Positions 23,071 through 36,835 of a DNA stretch of 64,000 bases are shown piece after piece. Source of the stretch: Eledone cirrhosa (Eukaryota); contig OZ024742.1 in NCBI GenBank assembly GCA_964016885.1, positions 344,658,001-344,722,000 of the forward strand, given 5' to 3'. The stretch's first letter is position 1. Each line of letters opens with the position of its first letter. The notes under the pieces are model-generated. The model searched no databases, was not told the origin of the DNA, and saw only the letters and a program-made list of their open reading frames with translations. The position numbers and the translations under genes were made by a program.

Positions 23071-26000
23071 TGAGCTATACCTTTTACTGTCATTTCTATA
23101 ATACGAAGAGCGTGTTTAACTCCAACACGCTCCAGTATTTTAACCCTTGTCACTGCTCCCGATCGGTTGAGCTTCCTCATATATACTGGTATTTTGGCCT
23201 TTATATATATATATCTGACAGTATGCTAACAAAGAGTTACCTGCCTTTATCTCTGAAGAATTTTCCCACCCCTCTAAGAATACTTACGAAAAACTATTGA
23301 TAGCTAGTGTTAATTCCTTTGTAAAAAGGATTAGATGGCGTGCTTTCCACTATGATAACAATAAGAATAGGAAGGACCCCAGGAATAGAACAAATTTTAA
23401 TAGCTATGGCTTCAAAACTTATAAGAGCCCACCACATAATATTCTATTAGATAGTTTTGAAAGTGACTTACTCTCTCTTGTCAAAAATATTAGCTATAGG
23501 CCAAATAATAGACATAGAAATTATAATAATTTTGATAAGTTCCAGTCTAGACTTAAAAATATTGTTAAGGGTTTCGGTGAGAATAAGTCCATTCTTGTCC
23601 CGGCGGATAAGACTAAGAATCTATACTCCATGGATTATAGTGCTTACGGTGGCTTTATTTATAAGGAGCTACATAGAAATTATAAAAACACTACGCTTGA
23701 GAATTTGAACCACATCAATAGTGAGGGTCTTAGAATTGTCTCTGACCTCGGCCTCGATAAGTATACCCAGCCATATTACCCTCGAGAACCGAGATTCACT
23801 CTTAAGGATCATAAGGTTGATTTTATTAGTAACCCCTCTGTTAGACTCATCTGTCCTTCTAAGTCCGATATAGCCATTATCAGTAAAAAAAATCCTTGAC
23901 CTTATTATACCAGATGTTAGGGATAAAGTTAATTTTAACCTATGGGGGAACACTAAGGAAGTCATATATTGGTTCTCTGGGATTAATAGACTTGAATCTA
24001 ATAAGTTTATCCAATTCGATATTGATGCCTACTACACATCAATTTCACCCATCCTCCTCAATAAAGCTTTAATGTTGGCCATGAGAATGTCCAGCCTTAC
24101 ACGATCACAGGTTGATATTATACTAGCAGCCCGTAGAACTATTATTAAATTTGAGGACACATTTTGGACCCGTAAAAACACGCCCAATAATTTCGACGTT
24201 ACAATGGGTTCGAGTGATTCGGCCCAGGTTACTGATCTTGTTGGGATGTGCCTCCTTAATGAACTATATGCTACCTTCCCGCACCTTATAGGCGGACTAT
24301 ATCGTGATGATGCATTGTTTGTAATTAACTCTAGCACCAACAATGTCGAGCATAATAAGAAGAAGCTTTATAAGTTTTTTAAAAGCTATAATTTCGATCA
24401 CGATAGATAGAAATGATAGAGCGGTTAACTTTTTAGATGTGACTTTGGACTTGGTCACCAATAGTTTTAAACCCTTCCATAAGCCTAATGAAATACTTTC
24501 GTATGTTAGTCCCAATTCTAACCACCCCAAATCTCTGATAAGCTCTATAATTAAGGGTGTATCTAATAGGATTTCCACACTCTCTAAGGACGTAGGAACA
24601 TTTAATGAACATGCGGAGTACTATAATAATGCCCTAGCAAATTCCGGTTACTCTAGTAAAATACATTATAATAATAGTAACCTTAGAAAGTCTCCGCTTA
24701 TTTTTTATAATAATAACATAATATCACATAACATGGCCATGAATGGGAGTAGGAAGCATAATAACCGTAAAAATTACATAGGTGTATCTGAACCCATCCA
24801 TAAGTTAACCCACGGGACTCGTAATAGTGAATATAATACCTCTAGGAAACAAGTCGAACCCTCTGAGCGCTCACTCATTGGTGATAATTTTGCCAGATCT
24901 TATTCTAATAATATTGCTTCTACTGATCCTATCATTGGCCCTAATCCTTTTGATGGGATTCCGGACAGCGGCAGATCTACTGGAGGTAGAAACGGTAATA
25001 GACTTAATGAAATTTTGGCTGAATCTAAGAATGCGGTTTTAACTAATCCTTGTAGTAACCCTAGTCGCGATGGTGGGATATTTGATAATGGTAGAGTCGG
25101 TAATAATAAAAATAGAAGGCGATTAAATACTTATTTTAACCCGCCATATAATCAGGAAGTATTAACTAATATACCTAGGTCTTTCTTTTCTATCTTAGAG
25201 AAAAATTTCCCCCCTTCTCATAAATACCACAGTATTTTTAATAAAAACGTTATTAAACTTTCATTCTCTACCACCCCTAATATTAGTTCTCATTTAGCTA
25301 GCACTAACAATAGGAAAATTAGGGATGGATTCTCCTCTCTACATACTACTAGTCTGAACAGATCTGGAAATGCATTACCACCAGAACAGACCTTATCTAA
25401 TAGCAATCCTACGTGTAATGCATCACCACTTGAGCCAACCAGTAACACCCGGAAGTGCAACTCTAGAGTGAGTGCTAACTGCCCTTTAAACGGTAACTGC
25501 CTCTCTAAGAACATTGTCTATGCTTGCGTAGTTATAACTAATTCCTCTAATAGAACTTATATAGGCTCTACATCTAACACTTTTAAGACTAGGTTTAACT
25601 CTCATATCTCTAATTTCAAACATGTTAAGTTTAAGAATTCTACTTCTTTAGCACATTATATCTGGGATCTTAAGGGGGCTAATATACCATATAGCCTTAA
25701 CTGGCGTTTAGTAGCACGCTCTAATAACCTTTCTACACATACTAAATTTTGTAATCTCTGTATCCTCGAGACACACTCTATAATTTTCTCTAGCGAATCC
25801 TTACTTAATAGAAAGTCTGAGATATTCTCTTCTTGCCCCCACGCTCTTTCTAATTCATACTTTTATTATAAACCTAAACGTTCTAGTAGTACAAATTGTA
25901 TCCATTAGCTGATATATTCCATTACTTATTTTCTAGTTTAGTTTAGGTTCTTTTGTTTACCACCATTATTATCATCATTATTATCATTGGTTTTTGACGA

Positions 26001-27873
26001 CTCTTTATTCTAGCTCTCATAATCTTTTGGCTACTATACCATATCTATCTTCTTACGCATTAAATTTTCACTATTAACACCTTATGAATATATATCTGAT
26101 TATATATTTTACATTATTTTATTTTATTTCATTTTATCTTATTTTATTTTATTTTATTTTTATTTCTATTTTTATTCGTATTCTTCTTTGGATAACCCCC
26201 TCCCCTCCCCCCTCCCCCCCATGCGCACATAAACTTATTGTCAACCCCTCCAAATAGACTATGATTATATTTAACCCCCCCCCCTCTTTTACGCTCCTTT
26301 CTATTATTTAATATAGTATATTGACTATGACTTTATGCCCCTTTGTATCCTCCATATATTTCTTCATTTCTGTACTTATTAACCTACCATAATTCTGTTT
26401 AAGTCAGTTTTTTAGATATCGTTATGTATATGATAGTAAAAAATTTCATTCCTTTTTGTAAACATTTGTAACGAAATATTAACGTTTATAAACTTTAGTT
26501 ACTTAAACTATAGCTAATATTGTATTGCCTTATTGGATATTTTAAATATTTTTAATATTAATTTATCAAATAGGGTTTTCGAGTCATTTACCGGGGTTAT
26601 TTCCTTAGTTTTTACTTAACTGCATGTGAGACCTAAATGTATACTTTTGTTTTTGTTTTTTTAATTTCCGGTTGATTCTATTTATTTATTTTATTTTATA
26701 TTTTATATTTTATATTTTATTTGTAATACTACTGTGCATTATATTTACTGTCTGGCCCTTACTCACTCATCCACATACACGTCTGTTTACCAACCTTGTA
26801 ATTAGAAGTAATTATATATTATATTATGTTAATTATTTTATATAATATATTATATTATATTGTATTTGTTATTGTAATATCGATCCTTATTACTTACCGT
26901 TAATTATATGTAACATTATGATATGTTAAACTTTATATATCATGTAAGATGTTTATATTTTTTTGTACCATCATAATTTTTTGGTATTGTACAATTTATA
27001 TTTTTTCTCACCTACTCTGTAACTCTATATGAATTGATTTGTTAACTTGAATGCCATTATATATTGTATATTATAAATGTTAGTATATTATTATTATAGT
27101 ATTATTGCGACATCTATATTGTTGGTGTAAATTAACCGGAGATTATCTATTCTATTATATTATATTATATAGTATATAATTGTATAGTTTATTATTTATT
27201 ATATGTGCTACTTATAATAATATCATATTATTACCTCATGTATATTGGGTATATGTATTATTATCATTATTATTATTTTCATTCCTATCATGCTTATTTA
27301 TATTTAAACTCTTAATAAGGTTTAATTTGTGCAGTTGAAGATGGATATGTGTATTGATGTATGTGTATGTGTGCGTACGTGTGCGTACATATATACATAT
27401 GTATATTGTACCTTTTAATTTTTATTGTAATTTTAATATTGGTAAAGGTATATTATATTATATTACATGTATTATATATAATTCCTGCTCTATATAACCA
27501 CCTTTGTTTAGCTCTAGGGTTTTTTGCTTTGGACTATATTTGTAATATGGTTCTTAATGTTATACACCTCCTTAGTAATTTTTATTATATATTTTTATTA
27601 TATATTTTTACCCATAATCTTGCAATACTTTAGTGTATGTACACTCCATATTCTTCGGAGTTTCCGGCTTGTATTGGCCGATAATACTTGTTATTGTTTT
27701 AATAGGACGAAACATTGTCGGCTAATAAAGACTTTTGATGTATTGAAGGCTTCTTTGTTTTACTTTCTTAATTCTTCGGCTCTGTTTAACTACATTGAGC
27801 TATACCTTTTACTGTCATTTCTATAATACGAAGAGCGTGTTTAACTCCAACACGCTCCAGTATTTTAACCCTT
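23067..27873 (+). mobile_element. Full-length-like Penelope-like retroelement with ~80-bp terminal direct repeat, in (TA)n
   Basis: cattgagctata...ttttaaccctt at 23068-23148 and 27794-27873; RT-EN ORF; 2-kb AT-rich 3' UTR. Confidence 0.9.
23223..25908 (+). pseudogene. PLE RT + GIY-YIG ORF, three frameshifts
   Basis: MLTKSYLPLSLKN; IASVNSFVKRIRWR; FIQFDIDAYY; GLYRDDAL; IVY..TYIG..FKTRFNSH; CNLC; SSCPH. Frameshifts occur near 23278, 23890 and 24395. Confidence 0.92.
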
Positions 27874-27914
27874 ATATATATATACTACACAGATACTGAT
27901 ACATATGTATATGT

Positions 27915-27972
<58 letters not shown>

Positions 27973-28171
27973 TGTACAATAATAATAATAAATAAAAAAT
28001 AAATAAATAATTTCCCTCTACATGGCTGAATACAATAAATGTAGTCTGAGTTATTCGAATATTAATAATAATATTCGATTTGTTTGCAATTATGCAAACA
28101 ACCCACATTTTTAAAGCCATGTCAGTAGAATGAGCCCCTCATTCTTGCTCTTGTGTTGGCATGTAAACAAA

Positions 28172-28217
28172 ACTGCAGACACTAATGTTTCTGGGTATTA
28201 CCCGTCATCAGTACAGC
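28172..28217 (-). ncRNA. Type I hammerhead ribozyme in a short repeat (~27990-28467)
   Basis: gctgta-CTGATGA-cgggtaataccca-GAAA-cat-ta-gtg-TC-tgcagt; partial inverted copy at 28430-28467. Confidence 0.8.
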
Positions 28218-28490
28218 TCACTGTTCATCTGCCAACTGTAAGATGATGTTTTCTAAAATATACAGTGACTGATCGGCCTGATACGCATAATAGCAGACTG
28301 GCTGATCAGTCAGATCTGCATATTAGCAGATCCATTGATCAGCCAGATTTGCATTTCAGCAGACTGGCCAGTCAGTTTCCTGTATAAGATCTTTCAATGC
28401 CCGGCTTTCTAATATTCAAATAAAAAAAAAATACCCAGAAACATTAGTGACTACTGTTCTGTTTACATGCGAAGGTCTAAATTAATGTCT

Positions 28491-29423
28491 AATTTAGACC
28501 TTCGCACGCACACCTACATACCCTTCCATAAGCTAAACGAAAAACTCAATTACATTCACAAGGACTCATGCCACCCTCCCACTGTTTTTAGAAACTTCGT
28601 AAATAATATCATTACTAGAATCTCAAACCTCTCCTCTAATAAGGTTATCTTTGACAGGGTGGCACCCTACTATAACAAGGCGTTAGCTAAGAGCGGCTTC
28701 TCGCAAGCTATCACTTACTCTCCCACTATCAACAACAGCAATAAGAAAAGAAAGCGTAAAAATAGACAAACTATCTGTTTCTCTCCTCCCTTCTCACTCA
28801 ACGTTAAAACCAATGTAGGCAAAAAATGTCTAGCCCTCTTAGATAGACACTTTCCCATAGGTCATAAATATCGCTCCATCTTTAACCGAGACAAAGTAAA
28901 ACTAGGATACTGCTGCGCTAAGAACATGAAGGTCCACATCACTAACAGCCCTAAGAGCAACACCCCGCCAGGGTGCTCTTGCCGTAAGCCTGAAGCTTGT
29001 CCCCTTCAACAACAATGCAACACACCAGCTGTAATTTATGAAGCTGTGGTCACTTCCAACCGACCAAATCAGCCACAGGAGGTCAAACCCTATGTGGGTA
29101 TAGCGGAGGGCCTATTTAAGGAACGCTTCCTGAACCACCAGTCGACCTTTAGGTACCCAGACAGACGTTCATCCACGAAACTCACGAGCCACGTATGGTC
29201 CCTCAAGTATTCAAGTATAAACTACTCCATTCAATGGAAAGCCATCACTAAGTCCAAGCCATACGCAAGGGGAAATCCGTCGTGTGGACTATGTATTGAT
29301 GAACGAATAAATATTCTAAAGAGATTATGCAATAGTGATTGCCTAAACACGAGATTTGAATTCTTCACTCGTTGTCCACACGTCTCGAAACAGCTCTTAC
29401 ATAACTACAAAGCTCCGGATTGA
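28491..29423 (+). pseudogene. PLE RT thumb + GIY-YIG, 5'-truncated, frame intact
   Basis: YIPFHK..NYIHKDSCHP; CSCRKPEACPLQQQC; VIY..YVG..FKERFLNH; CGLC; TRCPH. Confidence 0.88.
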
Positions 29424-29591
29424 ATCACAGCAACATCCTAATTTTCTTATCAACTAGAAACTTTTCGAACTTCCGTAGTTATCTCCCTACACTTCTCGCA
29501 CGCTTTTTAGTATTGCCTATGTGAAGTGACGGTTTCTGCGCTTGCGCGTTCGTACGGTTGTCCTTCCTGTTCCGTATAACCATGTCCATTA

Positions 29592-29629
29592 CGAGCTGAG
29601 GATCCGCTAAGGTGAAACAATTGTTCTCG
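29592..29629 (+). ncRNA. Minimal type I hammerhead
   Basis: cgag-CTGAGGA-tccgctaaggt-GAAA-caattg-TT-ctcg; palindromic stem III. Confidence 0.82.
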
Positions 29630-29667
29630 GTATGGTGAACTAACTGTTGTGTAACCACTTCTATCTA

Positions 29668-29709
<42 letters not shown>

Positions 29710-29715
29710 TGGAAA

Positions 29716-29794
<79 letters not shown>

Positions 29795-30175
29795 TAAAGA
29801 TTTACATATACATAAAGTCACAGATATATATGTGGCAATCGGTCACGTTGTGGCTCAATGAAGAATTAATAAATTAAATAATCAGAGCAATATATCATAA
29901 ATCATGTCCTTAGAATTATTAGATAAAATATATACCATTTCCTCTCCCAATTAGCATAATTAACCATATAAAAAAATCAATTAGACCAGGCTATAAGAAT
30001 AAAGGCTTCTATGAAGAAATATTTGATAAATAACCGAAAGTAGCCCCTTCGTGGTGACCCAATAGAGTATTTACACAACATTTCAACAGCATGTAGAAAC
30101 TGATTAAATATACCGTCAACCATACACAATTAGGTGTAAATTTAAACTTACAGGAAACGTACATACCGTAATTAC

Positions 30176-30255
30176 ATCTCTACCATGGTTTCGTCCGTAT
30201 TTTTAGATCTCCTATTGTTAAGGATGAACCTAGAGTAACAGACTCTTCAGGAGAC
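30176..30255 (-). ncRNA. Type I hammerhead with long stem II, in a (TA)n-flanked remnant (~29790-30410)
   Basis: gtctc-CTGAAGA-gtctgt...acggac-GAAA-ccatgg-TA-gagat. Confidence 0.82.
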
Positions 30256-30408
30256 AAACTCAGTTGGACAGTTAATTTTCCAAAGCGATCGCGCCAAAAA
30301 TAGATTAAAAAATGGCTAAGAGTCGTGACGTGGCAATGGTCAGGTTAGAAACGGCGGAAATGAGGAAATGGTATATATTTTATATAATAATTCTAAGGAC
30401 ATGATTTA

Positions 30409-30464
<56 letters not shown>

Positions 30465-30526
30465 GGAAAACAGAATAAACATTTGGTATTTCTCCCCACC
30501 TTCACCGTATCTCTCCTTAAACACAC

Positions 30527-30660
<134 letters not shown>

Positions 30661-30721
30661 GGAATATATAAGGAGAATATCTGATACATAAAATAGAATT
30701 ACACACATATATATATATATA

Positions 30722-30916
30722 TAGGAAAAGGTATGACCCCGACGGCAGAGCTCAAGCCGTTTCGACGGCTATTTCTGAGTCCAGAAACAGCCGTCGAAAC
30801 GGCTTGAACTCTGCCGTCGGTGTCATACCTTTTCCTATTACCCACTCTACTACCCTAAGTATTGAGTACTCTGGTGCATTATGGTCCATCTGGTTCCTTA
30901 CCACAATTCCTTCGTT
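30722..30916 (+). mobile_element. Palindromic pLTR remnant (family K) carrying the 3' half of a hammerhead
   Basis: Arms 30722-30777 and 30781-30838; GAAA-cggc-loop-gccg-TC; homologue at 40941-41073 (-). Confidence 0.7.
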
Positions 30917-31043
30917 ATATATATATATATAAATTAACTATGGGGATATAAAAGAAGCGAAAACCACCCAAACAGTGAGTGTGTTCAGTTATTATTTCTG
31001 GCACATTAATTATTACAACAATATGACCCTCCCCAAGTATAAC

Positions 31044-31081
<38 letters not shown>

Positions 31082-32107
31082 GGGGGGTGCGTGCGCGTGT
31101 CTGTGTGTGTGTGTGTGCGCGTGCGTAGTGTTTGTGATTCTATTTTATATATCAATTATTCTCTTAACATTTAAATAAGCTGGAGAACTAACAATAACAT
31201 TATTCCTTTCTCCTCCGTAGATATTGATAATTCAATCATTGTTGTGTTGTAAACAGTTTACGTCTAGCAAAAACTATGTCTTACATCAACGGAAGATTTT
31301 ATTGCTTCTCTGTTGAAATGTTATCTTTTGGGAGACCTACGAGTCTGTTAGGAGTATAAATATTGTTGGCAAACAGATTATCACTCCATATAAATTGGGA
31401 TCGCCCTTATATATATATATATTTGTGTATGTGTGTGTGTGTGTGTGTGTATATATGTATGGGTGACTTTGGACATCCTGCAGGACTAAAAACAAAACCT
31501 GTCAAAGGGCAAAGGAGCTCTTAAGAGTCAATGGCCATCCAAAATCACCGGGAGAGATGACCCCTTAGCCTTTGTCAAGGCAGAATTCTAGGAGAAGGAA
31601 AACTCTGATATAACACCTGCAACCCTGATGGTATCCAATGATGTTGACTTGTTCTACTTTTTGGTAAATATCATCTTGGTTAAGAGAGTGGGACTGGCTC
31701 TGTGCAATGCCTTTGCTCACTATAAAAGCTTCATGGCACAGGCATTGCTTTATATCTGGAGATCTCTCTGCACTTGTCACATGGTACCATGGGCCCAGCA
31801 CTATGTGTCAATAATTGTCACAAGTGTAGTGTTTGTACCAGAGTTTTCAAGTCGCTGGCTGGACTCAAAAGTCACACTCGTTCAGCGCATCGGTAGGGGT
31901 TCTCCTACATGGATATAAAGTAGTGGCCGTACTCGAAAACGAGTTGGCAGCCACCATATATATATATATACACACGCGCACACAATCATATATATATATA
32001 ATTATAAATGTAAGCTATCGCCGTATTTTAACTAAAGATATTAAAGAAAATTATTTAGCCTGATAGTGGGGTTAAGAACCCTCGGAGAAATGGAAAAAGT
32101 TGAGTAT

Positions 32108-32178
32108 TGACGTACATGGGAGTCGAATCCACATCTTTGGTTATCCAGACTACTGTGCTACCATTACACCAACACATC
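32108..32178 (-). tRNA. tRNA-like cloverleaf (pseudogene or SINE head), GGA at the anticodon position
   Basis: GATGTGT/GTACGTC acceptor with several G-U pairs, D arm GTGT/GCAC, A box TGGTGTAATGG, T-loop TTCGACT. Confidence 0.5.
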
Positions 32179-32376
32179 ACCCGTCCTTTTCCCTTTAAAC
32201 TAGAAGCTATAATCTTAGCAACTGTAAATGTCAAGTAAGAATATTTTCGAAACAGCGAGCGTGTTTGAAATTATACATGTAAGCTATCGCCGTATTTTGA
32301 CTAAAGAAATTTAAAAAAATTATTTAGCATGATAGTGGGGTTAAGAACCCTCGGAGAAATGGGAAAAGATGAGTAT

Positions 32377-32447
32377 TGACGTACATGGGAGTCGAACCCA
32401 CATCTTTGGTTATCCAGACCACTGTGCTACCAGTACACAAACACATC
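32377..32447 (-). tRNA. Second tRNA-like copy in a 269-bp tandem duplication
   Basis: T arm GTGGG-TTCGACT-CCCAT; anticodon arm TGGT-CTGGATA-ACCA. Confidence 0.5.
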
Positions 32448-32641
32448 ACCCGCCTTTTTTCATTCGAATTAGAAGCTATAATTTCAAACCCGCTCGCTGT
32501 TTCTAAAATATTCCTACTTGACATTTACAGTTGCTATGATTATAGCTTTTAAATATTGAGTTTTGTTATAATTAATCACTGCCAAGACTGGAATTAAACC
32601 ATCAGTACAGTTGACGTATGTCATACATGCATTTATATATT

Positions 32642-32699
32642 TAATCTGATGAGGACGTAATGAGGAAACAGCACAGTACCTCCGAAATATATATAATTA
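32642..32699 (+). ncRNA. Type I hammerhead ribozyme
   Basis: taat-CTGATGA-gga...tcc-GAAA-tatata-TA-atta. Confidence 0.72.
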
Positions 32700-32953
32700 A
32701 ATATATTTGATTACATGAATGTCTATATTTATTAATATTTTGAATTAATATATATATATATACGTATATATACGTATATATATATATACGTATATATATA
32801 TATACGTATATATATATATATATATAATTTAGGAGGTGAGTTTTATTGTAGTACAATAAAGCAATGCAGATATCGGATAAGAAGCACTCTACAGTTTGTA
32901 GGACTGGAGTATACATAATATATAAGATCAAAAGATGGTTAAATGAGTTCCAT

Positions 32954-33026
32954 CTATTTTATTATGCGCATTTCAAAAACAAATATCATTATGCAATAAC
33001 ATTTGTGTTTTCATCAGATAAAATAG
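32954..33026 (-). ncRNA. Type I hammerhead (left arm)
   Basis: ctattttat-CTGATGA-aaacacaaatgttatt...aatgatatttgttttt-GAAA-tgcgca-TA-ataaaatag. Confidence 0.85.
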
Positions 33027-33379
33027 GAAGACATGATATGGAGGTAAAAAACACTTGTGGATAGTGCAGTTTTAAATCAACATATGAAAAGTAGTTTTAG
33101 ATTGATGTGTGATATTGGGGAAAAAAGTTTCTTTGAGGGGGGGGGGATGAAAAAGGGTAGGAGATGAGAGTAAAAAGTGGAGGGGGGGAGTATAATGAGG
33201 AAGGATGAGATAGGAGGAGAGATGGGTGATAGAGAGAGAGAGATAGCTTTTATAACTGAGAAAAATATATTGTTTTACATAGAGAGGTTGAAAAACCGTT
33301 GGAAGATAATGTATAAATTAAAAGAATTTGAAAATTAACGAAGAGAAAAATAATGTAAAGTTAAGGTTTGTATATTCAA

Positions 33380-33545
33380 GAGTTTAATAATATGTGCGAT
33401 GAAAAGAAATTGTTAATATGTATTAAGAATAATATTTAAGGGTTTAATAATATGTGCGATGGAAAGAAAATGTTAATATGTATTAAGAATAATATTTAAG
33501 GGTTTAATAATATGTACGATGGAAAGAAAATGTTGATATGTATTA
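33380..33545. repeat. ~3 x 60-bp tandem repeat in the PLE 3' UTR (mirrored at ~37055-37222)
   Basis: gtttaataatatgtgcgatggaaagaaaatgttaatatgtattaagaataatatttaagg. Confidence 0.85.
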
Positions 33546-33771
33546 TTAAAAAAACAAAAGTAATGTAAGTAAGGATATATTGAGAGATGAGCATGAATAA
33601 GTTAGATGAAAGTGAGAAAAAATAATGTATAGAGGATGAATAATCTAACATAAAAAAAAAATGTTTATGTTTACGAAGGATTTTTTCAAGGTGATATAAA
33701 GTAAGAATATATTGTATTGTGTAATAATTGTTTCTATGTTAGGCACAGTGAGAAAAGGTACAGATTAGGGG

Positions 33772-35631
33772 TTAGAAATTAAAAGAAAAAGAAAAGAAAA
33801 GGAAGAGGAAGAAAGGGAAGTGATAAATAGGAGTGATATAGAATGAGTAACAAGTATTATATAATGTATAATAAATAACTTTGAAATAAGGTAGAAAGAT
33901 GGGTATATTTTTAAAGAAGTATATATATATATATATATGTGCCTTTGAGAAAAGCATTCTGAATTGATAAAGTTTAGGATAATAGCTATATACTTTATGG
34001 AAAGTTCTGTGGAATTTATGCAAGCAGATAGAAAACAAGTCAGTGCGTCTATTTATTATAGAATCTAAATTAGATATAATGGTAAATTTTTCATTTAGAC
34101 AGAGATTGCAAGTCTTGGATAGAGAACTGTTCAAGTATGTAGAAGCAGAGGAAACCTTTATCCAAGAGATGTTGTATTTAATATTTTTGTCTTTCAAGGA
34201 CCATATGAATTCTGAGAGAGCCGTGTTGGTTCTTTTAAGTTGGTATTTAAAAGACGAATGATGATTATAAAGACGAGCTTTAAAGGAGGTGGAAGTGGAG
34301 CCAAAATAGGTGAAGGAATTGGTGTCAGTTATAACTTTACATTCGTAGATTAAGTTTTTATCAAGACAATGGTTGTTGAGAGGACATTTATGTTTAGCAG
34401 GGCAATTGCAATTGCGATTAGAGAGATTATTAACGAGTGACCTAGTGTTATCTATAGAAGGAATTGGATTGGAGAAGTTATTTGCGATAGGAATAATAGT
34501 TTCTTGATTTAGAATGGGATTAAGAACATTTAGCGAAGTTGTGTTTGACGTAGTATTTGGGTTTGCAGATATTAGCCTAGAGTTTACAGTGACGTCGGGA
34601 GTACTATTACTATTATTATGATATTCTGTGTTGGAAGGAAGAGATTTAGTATTTAGTATTTTATTGTTGTGTTTAGAGATAATGTTGGAAATGTTGGAGG
34701 ATGTCGAATAGGAAAATTTTATAGTGTGTTTGTTAAATATTTTACTATAGATATGTGAGGGAGGGAAGCATTTATTTAAGGCACTAAAGAATAATTTAGG
34801 AATATTATTATTAATAGAGATGAAGAAAGGAGCATTATACCAGATTATGTTTTTGTATCTAGGTCTTTTATTAAAGTTATTGGAATGATCATGATTAATT
34901 ATTCTACTGTAAGATCTTCTAGAATTTGTTTCTTTATTATATTTGATTTTATCAGGATAGCCGGCTTTAGAGAGCGCGTTATTATAGTAATTGGCGTTAG
35001 CATCAAAGATGTTTTTATTAGAAGGTAGGTTAGATATTCTTTTTCCAATATTACTAACTATAGCATTCTTAATATTAGTAGGGTGGTTAGATTTAAAATT
35101 AACATAATTTAGGTTCTCATTGTTTTTATGGTAAGGGTAATATAGGCCAGTGTCAAGATTAAGAGATACATCCAAGAAATTAGCTAGTTTGATGCTGTTA
35201 TCAAATTCAATTTTTAGGTTATGTTGGTTTAAGAGATTACGTATATTGTTCTTAATAATATTAAGGTTAACTATGTTGCAATTTAAGATAGTAAAGAGTC
35301 CATCGTCACGATAAATTCCACCGCGAAGTTGAGGAATTCTCCGACTCAAAGAGTTCAAAATAAAGATACCAATTAAATCTGTCAATTTGGATGAATCGGA
35401 TGCTCCCATTGTGATGTCGAAGTTGTTAGAGGTATCAACTCTGGTCCAATATTCATTGTTGAACTCAAGGATGGTTTTACGTGCGGTGAGAAGGATGTGA
35501 AGTTCATCTGTGGTGATGTCAGAATATTTAAATGCGAAAGATAGAGCATTGTTGAGAAGTGAAGGCGAAATAGAAGAATAGTAGCTGGCAATATCAAATT
35601 GAACAAATTTTAGTTTGTTTTTATTATTCAA
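33772..35631 (-). pseudogene. PLE RT (from motif A) + GIY-YIG, 5'-truncated, open frame
   Basis: FVQFDIASYY; ITMGA; GIYRDDGL; NFLD; CNCPAKHKCPLNNHC; LIY..TYFG..FKARLYNH; CNLC; SICLH. Confidence 0.92.
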
Positions 35632-35632
35632 T

Positions 35633-36835
35633 TTCTAAAGCCGGCTATCCTGATAAAATAAATATAATAAAGAAACAAATTCTAGAAGATCTTACAGTAG
35701 AATAATTAATCATGATCATTCCAATAACTTTAATAAAAGACCTAGATACAAAAACATAATCTGGTATAATGCTCCTTTCTCCATCTCTATTAATAATAAT
35801 AATCTTAAATTATTCTTTAGTGCCTTAAATAAATGCTTCCCTCCCTCACATATCTATAGTAAAATATTTAACAAACACACTATAAAATTTTCCTATTCGA
35901 CCTCCTCCAACATTTCCAACATTATCTCTAAACACAACAATAAAATACTAAATACTAAATCTCTTCCTTCCAACACTGAATATCATAATAATAGTAATAG
36001 TACTCCCGACGTCACTGTAAACTCTAGGCTAATCTCTGCAAACCCAAATACTACGTCAAACACAACTTCGCTAAATGTTCTTAATCCCATTCTAAATCAA
36101 GAAACTATTATTCCTATCGCAAATAACTTCTCCAATCCAATTCCTTCTATAGATAACACTAGGTCACTCGTTAATAATCTCTCTAATCGCAATTGCAATT
36201 GCCCTGCTAAAAATAAATGTCCTCTCAACAACCATTGTCTTGATAAAAACTTAATCTACGAATGTAAAGTTATAACTGACACCAATTCCTTCACCTATTT
36301 TGGCTCCACTTCCACCTCCTTTAAAGCTCGTCTTTATAATCATCATTCGTCTTTTAAATACCAACTTAAAAGAACCAACACGGCTCTCTCAGAACTCATA
36401 TGGTCCTTGAAAGACAAAAATATTAAATATAACATCTCTTGGAAAAAGGTTTCCTCTGCTTCTACATACTTGAACAGTTCTCTATCCAAGACTTGCAATC
36501 TCTGTCTAAATGAAAAATTTACCATTATATCTAATTTAGATTCTATAATAAATAGACGCACTGATTTGTTTTCTATCTGCTTGCATAAATTCCACAGAAC
36601 TTTCCATAAAGTATACAGCTATTATCCTAAACTTTATCAATTCAGAATGCTTTTCTCAAAGGCACATATATATATATATACTTCTTTAAAAATATACCCA
36701 TCTTTCTACCTTATTTCAAAGTTATTTATTATACATTATATAATACTTGTTACTCATTCTATATCACTCCTATTTATCACTTCCCTTTCTTCCTCTTCCT
36801 TTTCTTTTCTTTTTATTTTAATTTCTAACCCCTAA
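35633..36835 (+). pseudogene. Inverted partial copy of the same PLE ORF (linker + GIY-YIG)
   Basis: Near-identical reverse complement of 33768-34972. Confidence 0.88.

Larger units (their letters stand above)
28467..29670 (+). mobile_element. 5'-truncated compact PLE with short 5' inversion
   Basis: ORF fragment, 250-bp 3' UTR with hammerhead, then (TA)n; hairpin tgcgaaggtctaaatta/taatttagaccttcgca at the 5' end. Confidence 0.88.

Noticed and set aside
31452-31950. Possible RTE-related 5' UTR (ggagaaggaaaactctga)
   Set aside because: Only a short recalled motif; cannot be confirmed without a search
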